NCBI GenBank assembly: GCA_964538855.1
Contig: CAZIEY010000001.1
Span: 82,811-146,810 of the forward strand
DNA from: an uncultured Candidatus Saccharibacteria bacterium
GTDB taxonomy: Bacteria; Patescibacteriota; Minisyncoccia; Phycocordibacterales; JAACPR01
Reading direction: 5' to 3'
DNA: 64,000 nucleotides
Both the position numbers and the translations under genes were made by a program. Positions within the stretch are counted from its first letter, which is position 1, and every line of letters begins with the position of its first letter. A model generated the notes under the pieces. The model was not told where the DNA came from and ran no database searches. It saw only the letters and a program-made list of their open reading frames with translations. This document shows, in pieces, positions 56,060 to 64,000 of the stretch.

Positions 56060-56350
56060 CTAAACGATTTTGAAATGAATTGTAGGTGTATCACCCGCAA
56101 GCACGCTCTCCTTCTTGCGGACTTGTGTTTTGACTGCTAATAGATAGGTACCTTCGCTTGTGTGAGGAAAGAGACTGGTGCGCCACGTCGTTGCGCCGAG
56201 CGTTGCTTGAATTGGCACAAACCCAACACGTTTTCGGACGCCACCTTTTTTAATTTCAGCAGATAATTTTTTAGGAAGCGTAACAAAATGCCACCCTGCC
56301 GCTCCGGGCCATATCCAAACTTTTTCACGAATTGTGTAGTTACTTTTCAT
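56060..56350 (-). CDS. hypothetical protein (DUF1905-like)
   Basis: 96 aa; WIWPGAAGWHFVTLP resembles the DUF1905 family; tentative. Confidence 0.35.
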   Translation of the reverse strand: MKSNYTIREKVWIWPGAAGWHFVTLPKKLSAEIKKGGVRKRVGFVPIQATLGATTWRTSLFPHTSEGTYLLAVKTQVRKKESVLAGDTPTIHFKIV

Positions 56351-56612
56351 TACCGAGCGCCTTATATAAAGTTCCTGTCAAGAACAAGGCCACAATACCA
56401 ATCCAAATCAACGCAAATGGATGTGTATGGAAAAATTCGATTTGATCTGCCCACAATTCGAAACCGTGGAGAACCGCAGCGACACTAAATGTGAAAGTAA
56501 AAGCAAATAGTAGTGGGTAGCGTCGCAAAACTGGTCGAGTATATTTTCCTGCACTTTTATGCGCTTCTTTCAAAATTTTTTCCGCGTGATGAATTGGATC
56601 TTTTTTAAACAT
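56340..56612 (-). CDS. small membrane protein, hypothetical
   Basis: 90 aa, two TM helices. Confidence 0.35.
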   Translation of the reverse strand: MFKKDPIHHAEKILKEAHKSAGKYTRPVLRRYPLLFAFTFTFSVAAVLHGFELWADQIEFFHTHPFALIWIGIVALFLTGTLYKALGNEK

Positions 56613-56624
56613 GTGTTTTATGAA

Positions 56625-57617
56625 TTACTTGCGATTCAAAACTTTTTCAACTGCTTCGGTGATGCCGTTTTCGTCGAGGTCAAAGAAATTGATGAGCTCC
56701 ATTCCCTTGCCGGATTCGCCGAACTTGTCGCGGATGCCGACGAATTCGATTGGGACTGGGCGATGTGCGGCGAGTACTTCTGCAACAGCGCTGCCCATTC
56801 CGCCAGCGATTTGATGTTCTTCGACTGTCACGATTGCGCCAGATTTTTTTGCAAAATCGATGACGGCTGATTCGTCGAGCGGTTTAATTGTCGCGAGATT
56901 CATCACACCTACGTTGATGCCGCGCATTCCCATTTCACGAGCCACCCGCATCGCAGTGTGCACCAAAAATCCGCACGCGATAATGCCAACATCCATTTTT
57001 TCTTTTGGAGCGTAAAAAATTTGTGCCTTGCCGATTTCAAATGGAGTTTTGTCCGTGGTGATGACCGCGGTTTTTTCTCGACCCAAACGCAAATATGAAG
57101 GGCGAGAATTTTGTGCGAGAGCGAGCGTCGCCTTGCGAGCTTCGATATGATCGCACGGCACAATGACTGTCATGTTTGGGATGACGCGTGTGATTGCGAT
57201 ATCTTCCAAGGCTTGATGAGTTCCGCCGTCAGGGCCAGTCGTCACACCCGCGTGTGAACCAACCACTACAACCGGCTGATTATTGTATGCGACTGTCGTG
57301 CGAATTTGTTCCCAGCTGCGACCCGGAGAAAACATCGCGTAACTTGCGGCAAACGGAACTTTTCCCATCGCAGCGAGACCTGACGCAACCGATACCAAGT
57401 TTTGTTCCGCAATTCCAATTTCAAAAAATCGATTTGGAAATTCTTTTGCAAAAAGATCGGTTTTTACGGACTCTGACAAATCAGCGGTGAGCGCGACAAC
57501 TCGTGCGTCCGCCTTGCCCGCCTCGAACAATCCTTGTCCAAATCCCATGCGCACAGGAACAACTTCGACGTTATCTTCGAAAATGTTTGGATTGAGATGT
57601 GGGGTTTTGTTAATCAT
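56625..57617 (-). CDS. tkt: transketolase, C-terminal section (pyrimidine-binding + C-terminal domain)
   Basis: FEIGIAEQNLVSVASGLA…; split-Tkt subunit B. Confidence 0.85.
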   Translation of the reverse strand: MINKTPHLNPNIFEDNVEVVPVRMGFGQGLFEAGKADARVVALTADLSESVKTDLFAKEFPNRFFEIGIAEQNLVSVASGLAAMGKVPFAASYAMFSPGRSWEQIRTTVAYNNQPVVVVGSHAGVTTGPDGGTHQALEDIAITRVIPNMTVIVPCDHIEARKATLALAQNSRPSYLRLGREKTAVITTDKTPFEIGKAQIFYAPKEKMDVGIIACGFLVHTAMRVAREMGMRGINVGVMNLATIKPLDESAVIDFAKKSGAIVTVEEHQIAGGMGSAVAEVLAAHRPVPIEFVGIRDKFGESGKGMELINFFDLDENGITEAVEKVLNRK

Positions 57618-58059
57618 TGGTTTTATAAAAAGTATTATCCTTATATCTGTCTATTATATACCGACTTGGTGGAAATAATTTTGTTGGAAGATTGCCGAGT
57701 GCAAACCACCTCCATTCTGTAATTTCATCCGGTTCCATAACACGCGGTTCTCCTGAAAAAGCTTCTGCGAAAATTCCAATGGTAATGAAATGGGCTTTTG
57801 CTCCTATGCAATTTTCGACACAAATAATTTTAGATCGACTCAACGTCATACCAGTCTCTTCTTTTAATTCGCGGCGCGCACCATCCTCAAATTGTTCTGC
57901 GTAGTCTAATTTCCCACCAGGCATAGTCCAAGTCCCCTCTCCTGATAATTCAGAACTAGCTTTTTCTGGATCATCATTTCTTTTACCGAGTAAAACTTTC
58001 CCATCTTTTAAAAGCATAATTCCAAACCCCGCGCCGATTTTTTTAATATCAGAAGACAT
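57610..58059 (-). CDS. Nudix hydrolase
   Basis: Nudix box MPGGKLDYAEQFEDGARRELKEETGM; sits between the two transketolase halves. Confidence 0.8.
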   Translation of the reverse strand: MSSDIKKIGAGFGIMLLKDGKVLLGKRNDDPEKASSELSGEGTWTMPGGKLDYAEQFEDGARRELKEETGMTLSRSKIICVENCIGAKAHFITIGIFAEAFSGEPRVMEPDEITEWRWFALGNLPTKLFPPSRYIIDRYKDNTFYKTND

Positions 58060-58062
58060 AAA

Positions 58063-58932
58063 TTAATATTGATGAAAATCCACCTTACCACCGAGTGTAC
58101 GCAATTCGCGAAGCGCCATTTTGGCCTCTTCAGCATTCGGAGCTTTGCCGTGCCATTCGGGTTTTCGTTCGAATTCGTGAACACCTTTGCCGGGAATTGT
58201 GTTTGCGATAATCACGGATGGTTTATCGAAAATCGCCTTGGCCTGACCGACAGCGTCGTCAATCATTTCAAAATTGTGCCCGTCGATTTCTTGCACATGC
58301 CAATTGAAAGCGCGAAATTTTGCACCGAGGTCATTGAGCGGCATAACGTCTTCGGTATATCCATCGATTTGAATATTGTTACGATCAACAATCACAATTA
58401 GGTTGTGCAATTTTTCTTTGGCAGCAAGCATCAAGGCTTCCCAATTTTGACCTTCGTCCAATTCCCCGTCGCCCGTCACACAATACACAAAACGATTCGC
58501 CGATTTACCCAAGTCAATTCGAATCGCAAGCGCCATTCCGACAGCCTGCGAAATTCCAGAACCGAGCGGCCCCGACGAAGTCTCAATTCCCGGAAGCGCC
58601 GTTCGATGCGGATGCCCCTGCAATCGCGAACCTAATTTTCGCAACGTTTGCAATTCTGCAACCGGAAAATATCCCGCGTGCGCAAGCGTCGCGTACAATC
58701 CCGGACAGACGTGCCCGTTCGACAACACAAACATATCACGCTTGTCCCACATCGGATTCTTTGCATCATGCTTCATCGCATGAAAATATAAATAGGTAAA
58801 GATATCAGCGAGTCCGAGCGGTCCAGCTGTGTGACCAGAACCTGCTTCGAGAAGCGCTTCGATTGTCGATTTTCGAATTTCGTTTGCGATCGCTTGCAAT
58901 TTTTTAATGTACGCGTCGGTGAGGTTGCTCAT
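58063..58932 (-). CDS. tkt: transketolase, N-terminal section (TPP-binding)
   Basis: GSGHTAGPLGLADIF…, GDGELDEGQNWEA TPP motif; start set to MSNLTD (58932), 7 nt after TGGTATAAT. Confidence 0.8.
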   Translation of the reverse strand: MSNLTDAYIKKLQAIANEIRKSTIEALLEAGSGHTAGPLGLADIFTYLYFHAMKHDAKNPMWDKRDMFVLSNGHVCPGLYATLAHAGYFPVAELQTLRKLGSRLQGHPHRTALPGIETSSGPLGSGISQAVGMALAIRIDLGKSANRFVYCVTGDGELDEGQNWEALMLAAKEKLHNLIVIVDRNNIQIDGYTEDVMPLNDLGAKFRAFNWHVQEIDGHNFEMIDDAVGQAKAIFDKPSVIIANTIPGKGVHEFERKPEWHGKAPNAEEAKMALRELRTLGGKVDFHQY

Positions 58933-59045
58933 ATAAATAATTATACCAAGAAAATGAAAATACGAAGCCATTTTATACGAGAGTAAATGAAAATGACCCT
59001 CGGTCGCCGTGAAGCAAACCGAGGATCGGATATGAGCAGAATCTT

Positions 59046-59576
59046 TCATCCTGGAGCAAATCGATACACACGACTATCGACACGCCAATTACTAGAGACT
59101 CCAAAATAGCTAATATCTAGAGACCATGAGTTACCAGACCCATACAGAAAGATAACCTGTTTCCGACCTCTACAATCTAAAGCAAAGAATATATTTGCCA
59201 TACGATCAATTAAGATATCTTGCGCTCCTTGTATGTTGAGCACCAAAAGAGCGCAAACGTCTGCGATATCGGTCAGTGCGTCAGGACCTCCAAGTGTGAG
59301 TGCAGCAAAAAGATCCTGATTGTTCAGTTCCACTTCCAAATCTCCACACCACACGTCATGAGCCGGCATGGCAGAATAAGTATTGGACCCGAACGCCTTG
59401 TCAAAAGCCAGTGAAGTATCAATCATCAGCCCAGGTGCAACACCACTCACCAAATGCCTACCGACCACAAACTCAGTGGGGCGAGCAGGAATAGAGAAAG
59501 TGCCATGAGGTTTAATGGACATGTGAGACTCTCCTTCTTTCAAATAACAAGAGATTAAGAGCCGATACGGGCGCAC
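59046..59576 (-). CDS. hypothetical protein
   Basis: 176 aa ORF; no motif recognised; true start may be internal (MSIKPHG). Confidence 0.3.
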   Translation of the reverse strand: MRPYRLLISCYLKEGESHMSIKPHGTFSIPARPTEFVVGRHLVSGVAPGLMIDTSLAFDKAFGSNTYSAMPAHDVWCGDLEVELNNQDLFAALTLGGPDALTDIADVCALLVLNIQGAQDILIDRMANIFFALDCRGRKQVIFLYGSGNSWSLDISYFGVSSNWRVDSRVYRFAPG

Positions 59577-59615
59577 CCATATCGTGATAACTCTTATTCC
59601 TTAAACATAATTACA

Positions 59616-60329
59616 TTACCCCAACACCTCTGTCAACTCCCTCACCACCTCCACCGGATCCCCCGCATTTAAAATGAGTGACCCCGTCGCAAAACGCGTC
59701 ACACCAGCATCGCGCAATTTCGGAGCCGTCTCCATAGTCACGCCAATATCAATTGCAATCGGAAAATCCGCGCGACCGAGCGAATCCATTTTCTCACGCA
59801 ACGCACGCACCTTGTCATACACCCGCGCATCGAGTGTCATACCGTGATATCCAATATTGTCATTTCCCATAAATTGAACGCCGTCGGCAATATCCAAATA
59901 TTCATCAAGTGCCTCGTTCGGAGTGCTCGGGTTCAAGGCAAACACCACTTGCACATTGTATTGATTCTTAAGCTCGAACAATTCGGCCTTGTCGCTGTCT
60001 TTCAACGCTTCGATATGAGGAATGATTCGCGTCACACCAGCCGAAATCCAATCGCGAGCAGCGGCGATTTGGTCAATAACCATTAGGTCCACCTCGAAAT
60101 CAAGCTCCTCCCAATACGGCAAGCCGACGTTTTGATTCAACAATTCACGCCAATTTTCGTCTTGCTCGTCGTTATACGGCCATGTTATCGACGGCGCGAA
60201 TTTTCCATCCGTCACATCAATTTGCACAATTTTTGCAGCGCGATGTACATGCCCGATTTCGCTTTCTAAATGCTCAAAGTCTTCGGGCAATATTGCAGGG
60301 ACTATTTCGATTGGTAATTTTTCTGACAT
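59616..60329 (-). CDS. rpe: ribulose-phosphate 3-epimerase-like (TIM barrel)
   Basis: IVPAILPEDFEHL…IVQIDVTDGKFAP aligns to RPE N-terminal strands (IAPSILSADF…HFDVMDNHYVPN); DLMV. Confidence 0.6.
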   Translation of the reverse strand: MSEKLPIEIVPAILPEDFEHLESEIGHVHRAAKIVQIDVTDGKFAPSITWPYNDEQDENWRELLNQNVGLPYWEELDFEVDLMVIDQIAAARDWISAGVTRIIPHIEALKDSDKAELFELKNQYNVQVVFALNPSTPNEALDEYLDIADGVQFMGNDNIGYHGMTLDARVYDKVRALREKMDSLGRADFPIAIDIGVTMETAPKLRDAGVTRFATGSLILNAGDPVEVVRELTEVLG

Positions 60330-60354
60330 GTTTTTGTTTTATAACGCGGCGCGT

Positions 60355-60840
60355 TTACATTCCGATCTGATCGATTTTTTGAATTCGTCGAATGTGACGT
60401 TCGTCACCAGAAAAATCAGTCTCGAGCCACAGTTCAACTGCTTCGAGTGCTTCTTCTGTCGTCAAAAATCGCGCACCGAGCGACAGCACGTTCGAATCGT
60501 TGTGCTGACGAGAAAGTTCGACAACGTTCGGTACTTCGCGACCATCAACAGGTTCCGGCTGACCGATGAAAAGTCCAGCTCGCACACCTTTAACACGATT
60601 TGCAACAATCATTTCGCCCTGTCCTGACCCACCAATCACGATGCCAACGGCTTCTGGATCAAGCGACACGTCGAGCGCCACCGGATAACAATAGTCTGGA
60701 TAATCATCCTCCTCGTCATATTCGTATGGGCCATGATCAATCACTTCGTAGTCACGCTTTTCTAAAAACGCAACAATTTCTTTTTTAAGCTCGAATCCCG
60801 CGTGGTCAGAGCCGATAAAAATTTTTCGGATATTTCGCAT
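60355..60840 (-). CDS. rpiB: ribose 5-phosphate isomerase B
   Basis: KIFIGSDHAGFELK…, GIVIGGSGQGE RpiB/LacAB signature. Confidence 0.85.
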   Translation of the reverse strand: MRNIRKIFIGSDHAGFELKKEIVAFLEKRDYEVIDHGPYEYDEEDDYPDYCYPVALDVSLDPEAVGIVIGGSGQGEMIVANRVKGVRAGLFIGQPEPVDGREVPNVVELSRQHNDSNVLSLGARFLTTEEALEAVELWLETDFSGDERHIRRIQKIDQIGM

Positions 60841-60970
60841 AGATATATTGTATCAAATAAATAAAGAAAGTATGAATTTTGTAGTTGACTTTTCCCAAAA
60901 TCACGCTACTATACTTGTATCACCTCGAATTGCTCCTGTTGCGGTTTCGTCCGCAATGGGGGCTTTTCAT

Positions 60971-61561
60971 TTAATCTCGCTTAATCAAGTTTTTGATTTC
61001 TGGCAAAAAGGTTAGTTTCGGAGCAAGTCTTTTAATCAAGCTCGAACATTTTTCCTTCCCTCTCGGACTTAATACTATTTGTAACTTATTCTTTTCCTGT
61101 AGAAATTTGATGAGGCACCCAAAATCCCCATCACTCGACACCACAACCATTTTTTCGAAATTATTTTCATAATAATCTCTAACCGCCTTCAAAACTAATT
61201 CCGCATCACAATTCCCCTTTATGTTTCCACGTCCGTCGGGTAAAGTTGGTTTAAATATTAACGTATACCCTTGTTCTTGAAACCGCTTATACCTTTCCTC
61301 ATTACCAGGAACATAACCAGTAAATATGTAGGCAGCTTTAATACGAAATTTATCCCTTAAATAAGTTCTAAATTTGACATAATCAGTAGTGAAACCTTCC
61401 GCCTCGCATCCTTTATAGAAATTTGTATTGTCTATATATGCAACATTTTTTAGATCTTTATTTTCCACCTCGTCTATTATACGGACCCGACCTAAAAGCT
61501 TTATAAAGAAACAATCAAGAAATTCTAAAACTGTCTGTATAGCGATTTCCGCACCCTTCAT
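60971..61561 (-). CDS. NYN-domain (LabA-like) predicted RNA nuclease, second paralog
   Basis: AYIDNTNFY, NIKGNCDAELVL, VVVSSDGDF NYN motifs; paralog of 18419..18919. Confidence 0.7.
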   Translation of the reverse strand: MKGAEIAIQTVLEFLDCFFIKLLGRVRIIDEVENKDLKNVAYIDNTNFYKGCEAEGFTTDYVKFRTYLRDKFRIKAAYIFTGYVPGNEERYKRFQEQGYTLIFKPTLPDGRGNIKGNCDAELVLKAVRDYYENNFEKMVVVSSDGDFGCLIKFLQEKNKLQIVLSPRGKEKCSSLIKRLAPKLTFLPEIKNLIKRD

Positions 61562-61575
61562 ATATAATCAAGCCA

Positions 61576-62453
61576 TGTATATTGTCCTCCAATCACATAA
61601 CACGCCGTCTGTTGACCTCGCGGGTACTGCGGTGGTAAAGGCTTTGCACAAGGCGCATCCAGACGCGAAAATCATCGTCACCAGCAATTTTCCAGAGATT
61701 TGGCTTCATAATCCGGATGTGTGGCGGGTGTATCGGCTTGGACAGACGCCATATTTTTTCGAAGACTTTGTCGAAGGGCGCGACACGAAAATTTTTGCGC
61801 ATGACCCGACAAAATCGAGCGACTATGTAACGGGCGTAAAACACCTCATCGAAGCGTGGTGTGATATGTGCGAGGTGCCGTATTCGGGTGAACTTCCCTC
61901 TTTGCATTTTACTCAACGTGAAAGCGAAGTCGCAATGCGCATGACAAAATCGGACCGCCCGCTGTTTTTCATTCAACCATATGAAATGTACGGCGCAGTT
62001 TCGCAAACTGGCTGGTCATGGCCCAAAGATTTACCAACGGACATTGCTTCAAAAATCGTAAACAAAATGATAGTGGCGGGATATCAACCAGTGCTCATCA
62101 AAAATCAAAACCAACCAGCAATCGCAGGTGCGGGCATTTTACAAATGAGTCTACGTCTCGCCCTTGCGGCGTTGCAATATTCGACAAAACGCCTTTTTGT
62201 AGATTCATTTATGCAAGTTGCAGCGGCGGCGATCGGTAAACCATCGGTTGTGACCTGGCTTTCAACGCATCCACAAAAAACAGGGTACGATATTCATACA
62301 AATATCCTGGCGCGCATCGATACAGACCTCAAAAACATTTTGGATCAATATCACCCATTTTTTGATGTCGATAATAAAATGCTTAATTCTAACGTCGACA
62401 CCAGCCGTGCGTACGACGTGGACGCAATCGTTAAAGCGCTTCTACAAGCATGA
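61576..62453 (+). CDS. glycosyltransferase family 9 (heptosyltransferase-like), paralog 1
   Basis: Start set to MYIVLQSH 6 nt after TATATAAT; C-terminal RLFVDSFMQVAAAAIGKPSVVTW resembles GT9 (NDSGPMHLAAALGxPxVALFG) region; TGA stop overlaps the start of the next gene (ATGA). Confidence 0.55.
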
Positions 62454-63349
62454 AATTACACAATACCGACAGATTAATATTTGTAATTTCCGGTGGTACT
62501 GGAAAAAACATCATCGCAACTGGCGTAATTGAGGCCGCACGCAAACAATTTCCCGCTGCCGAAATCATCATTGCAACCCCATGGACCGATGTGTGGCTCA
62601 ATAATCCACACATTAACCGCGCAGTCGATTTCATCAAAGAACCAGACCTCTACAAAAATTATGTGAACAAGCCGAACACGACAGTATTCCTGCACGACGT
62701 ATATCACGAAGAGTCATTTATTCACAAGCGCAAACACTTGACCGAATCCTGGGCGGACATGTGCGGAATCAGATACAATGGCGAAGCTCCAAAATTATAT
62801 TTTACAGATGCGGAACGTGCGGCGACAAAAGCAAAATTGCCGCAGGACGGCAAGCCGTTGTTTTTCATACAGACGTCAGGTGGAGCTCAAAATCAAGACT
62901 ACCCCATTTCGTGGATGCGCGACATGCCACTCTCCATTGCACAGCGCGTTGTCGATAGGATGAATGCACTCGGTTATACGACAGTGCATTTGCGACGGCC
63001 TGATCAGTATGGACTCGATGGGACATTTGTACCGCATTTTACAGTACGCGAATTACTCTGCTCAATAGAATTTTCTAATAAACGCCTATTTATTGATTCA
63101 GTAGCAGAACACGCGGCGGCTGCTCTAGATAAACCATCCGTCATTGTATGGACCGGCAATCGTCCAAATATCTTTGGTTGGAACATACATACAAACTTAC
63201 TTCCTAGAGAAACTCCAAAATTCCGTCATAAAATAGACTCGTACCTGGAACTATACAACATCACTGGCCTTATCCACGAATGTCCTTATGATACAGATGA
63301 ATTGTTTGATGTAGATAAAATTATAACAGAGCTACTTAAACAAAAATAG
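62450..63349 (+). CDS. glycosyltransferase family 9 (heptosyltransferase-like), paralog 2
   Basis: RLIFVISGGTGKNIIATGVIEAARKQFPAAEIIIATPW (GT9 N-terminal pattern), RLFIDSVAEHAAAALDKPSVIVW; shares PLFFIQ, SNKRLF, IHTNL blocks with the upstream paralog. Confidence 0.6.
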   Translation: MKLHNTDRLIFVISGGTGKNIIATGVIEAARKQFPAAEIIIATPWTDVWLNNPHINRAVDFIKEPDLYKNYVNKPNTTVFLHDVYHEESFIHKRKHLTESWADMCGIRYNGEAPKLYFTDAERAATKAKLPQDGKPLFFIQTSGGAQNQDYPISWMRDMPLSIAQRVVDRMNALGYTTVHLRRPDQYGLDGTFVPHFTVRELLCSIEFSNKRLFIDSVAEHAAAALDKPSVIVWTGNRPNIFGWNIHTNLLPRETPKFRHKIDSYLELYNITGLIHECPYDTDELFDVDKIITELLKQK

Positions 63350-63362
63350 ACGCACTCCGGAT

Positions 63363-63893
63363 CTATTCCGTTCCTCCAGTTGAAGAGTCGGCACCACTCG
63401 GATCTCCTGATGAATCACCTGCATCAGTAGAGTCGCTTTCGCTAGGTGTTTCAGATGCGTCCGAAACGGAATCGGGTTCTGATGGAGCCTCTACGTCAGA
63501 ATCAGGAGCATCATCAGAAACAATTTCAGAATCGTCAGTCTCGACAGGCACATCCTCTGTCATATCAGTACCATCCCCGTTTTCTGAAGTATTTTCATCT
63601 TCAACTGGTTCTGTAATTTCATCTACACTACCACCATTGCCGACATCGTTCGACTCTTCTGAGGTATCACCTTCTGCAACATCTTCATCTTGTACGTCAT
63701 TATTATCCTCATCATCGTCAACCTCAACTTCTTCACACTCACCCTGTTGGGTTTTCATTTCACCATTTTCAAAGTACACACAAATTGGTTCCCCTGTCTT
63801 TCGATCATAAATAATTAAGCCTGTTTTTTCTGGGTGATCTTCGTTGTTGATAATAACCTCAGAAGCAGTAATTTTCTTCGCGACAACATCCAC
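63363..63893 (-). CDS. acidic (D/E/S-rich) low-complexity protein, hypothetical
   Basis: 176 aa; ~60 aa structured N-terminus then a long acidic, disordered-looking tail. Confidence 0.35.
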   Translation of the reverse strand: MDVVAKKITASEVIINNEDHPEKTGLIIYDRKTGEPICVYFENGEMKTQQGECEEVEVDDDEDNNDVQDEDVAEGDTSEESNDVGNGGSVDEITEPVEDENTSENGDGTDMTEDVPVETDDSEIVSDDAPDSDVEAPSEPDSVSDASETPSESDSTDAGDSSGDPSGADSSTGGTE

Positions 63894-64000
63894 AAAAGTT
63901 ACGATGCCTTCATAAACTGTTGCGCCGAAAGATTCAAGCCGAGCAAATATATCATCAACTCTATCAGAAAGAGTGATAATCTCTTCGGATTGAGCATCGA

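Noticed and set aside
62451-62453. Alternative genetic code (UGA recoded, as in some CPR lineages), suggested by an RF1-type release factor being the only one seen
   Set aside because: TGA is used as a stop codon (62451-62453, overlapping the next ATG). Long ORFs are not interrupted by in-frame TGA. prfB is presumably outside the window.
1-64000. CRISPR array or cas genes
   Set aside because: No regularly spaced short direct repeats were seen anywhere. The repeat families present are inverted-repeat elements and tRNA 3'-end copies, not CRISPR-like.

Overview
This ~64 kb window comes from a small-genome, moderately AT-rich bacterial chromosome. Genes are short and densely packed on both strands, with mostly housekeeping content (dnaX, gyrB, topA, dprA, serS, pheST, rpsB-tsf, prfA, rpmE, rplY, miaA, dus, a pentose-phosphate/glycolysis block) alongside many small hypothetical membrane or secreted proteins, surface proteins with peptidoglycan-binding domains, five Nudix hydrolases and a compact peptidoglycan set (murE, FemAB, PBP5-type carboxypeptidase, FtsQ-like). 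I infer that this pattern fits a Candidate Phyla Radiation (Patescibacteria-type) organism. The genetic code looks standard, since TAA, TAG and TGA all appear as stops. There are four tRNA genes (Gln-TTG, Leu-CAA, Trp-CCA, Thr-TGT) and no CRISPR array, rRNA, transposase or integrase. The most interesting features are listed below.

1. A family of GC-rich repeat elements sits immediately downstream of three of the four tRNA genes. Each shares conserved blocks and ends in a direct copy of the cognate tRNA 3' end, which resembles an att site or a tRNA 3'-end mimic.
2. A second family of AT-rich 27-30 bp inverted-repeat elements (MITE- or REP-like) lies in three intergenic sites.
3. PheT carries an inserted NlpC/P60 cysteine-peptidase-like domain of about 150 aa.
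4. A membrane-anchored, catalytically dead ClpA/B-type AAA+ domain protein is translationally coupled to the D-Ala-D-Ala carboxypeptidase.
5. An operon pairs a SET-domain protein with an HhH-GPD glycosylase-like protein.
6. Two NYN-nuclease paralogs each have a convergent promoter-plus-hairpin unit at their 3' end.
7. Many promoters follow a leaderless pattern in which an extended -10 element directly abuts the start codon.
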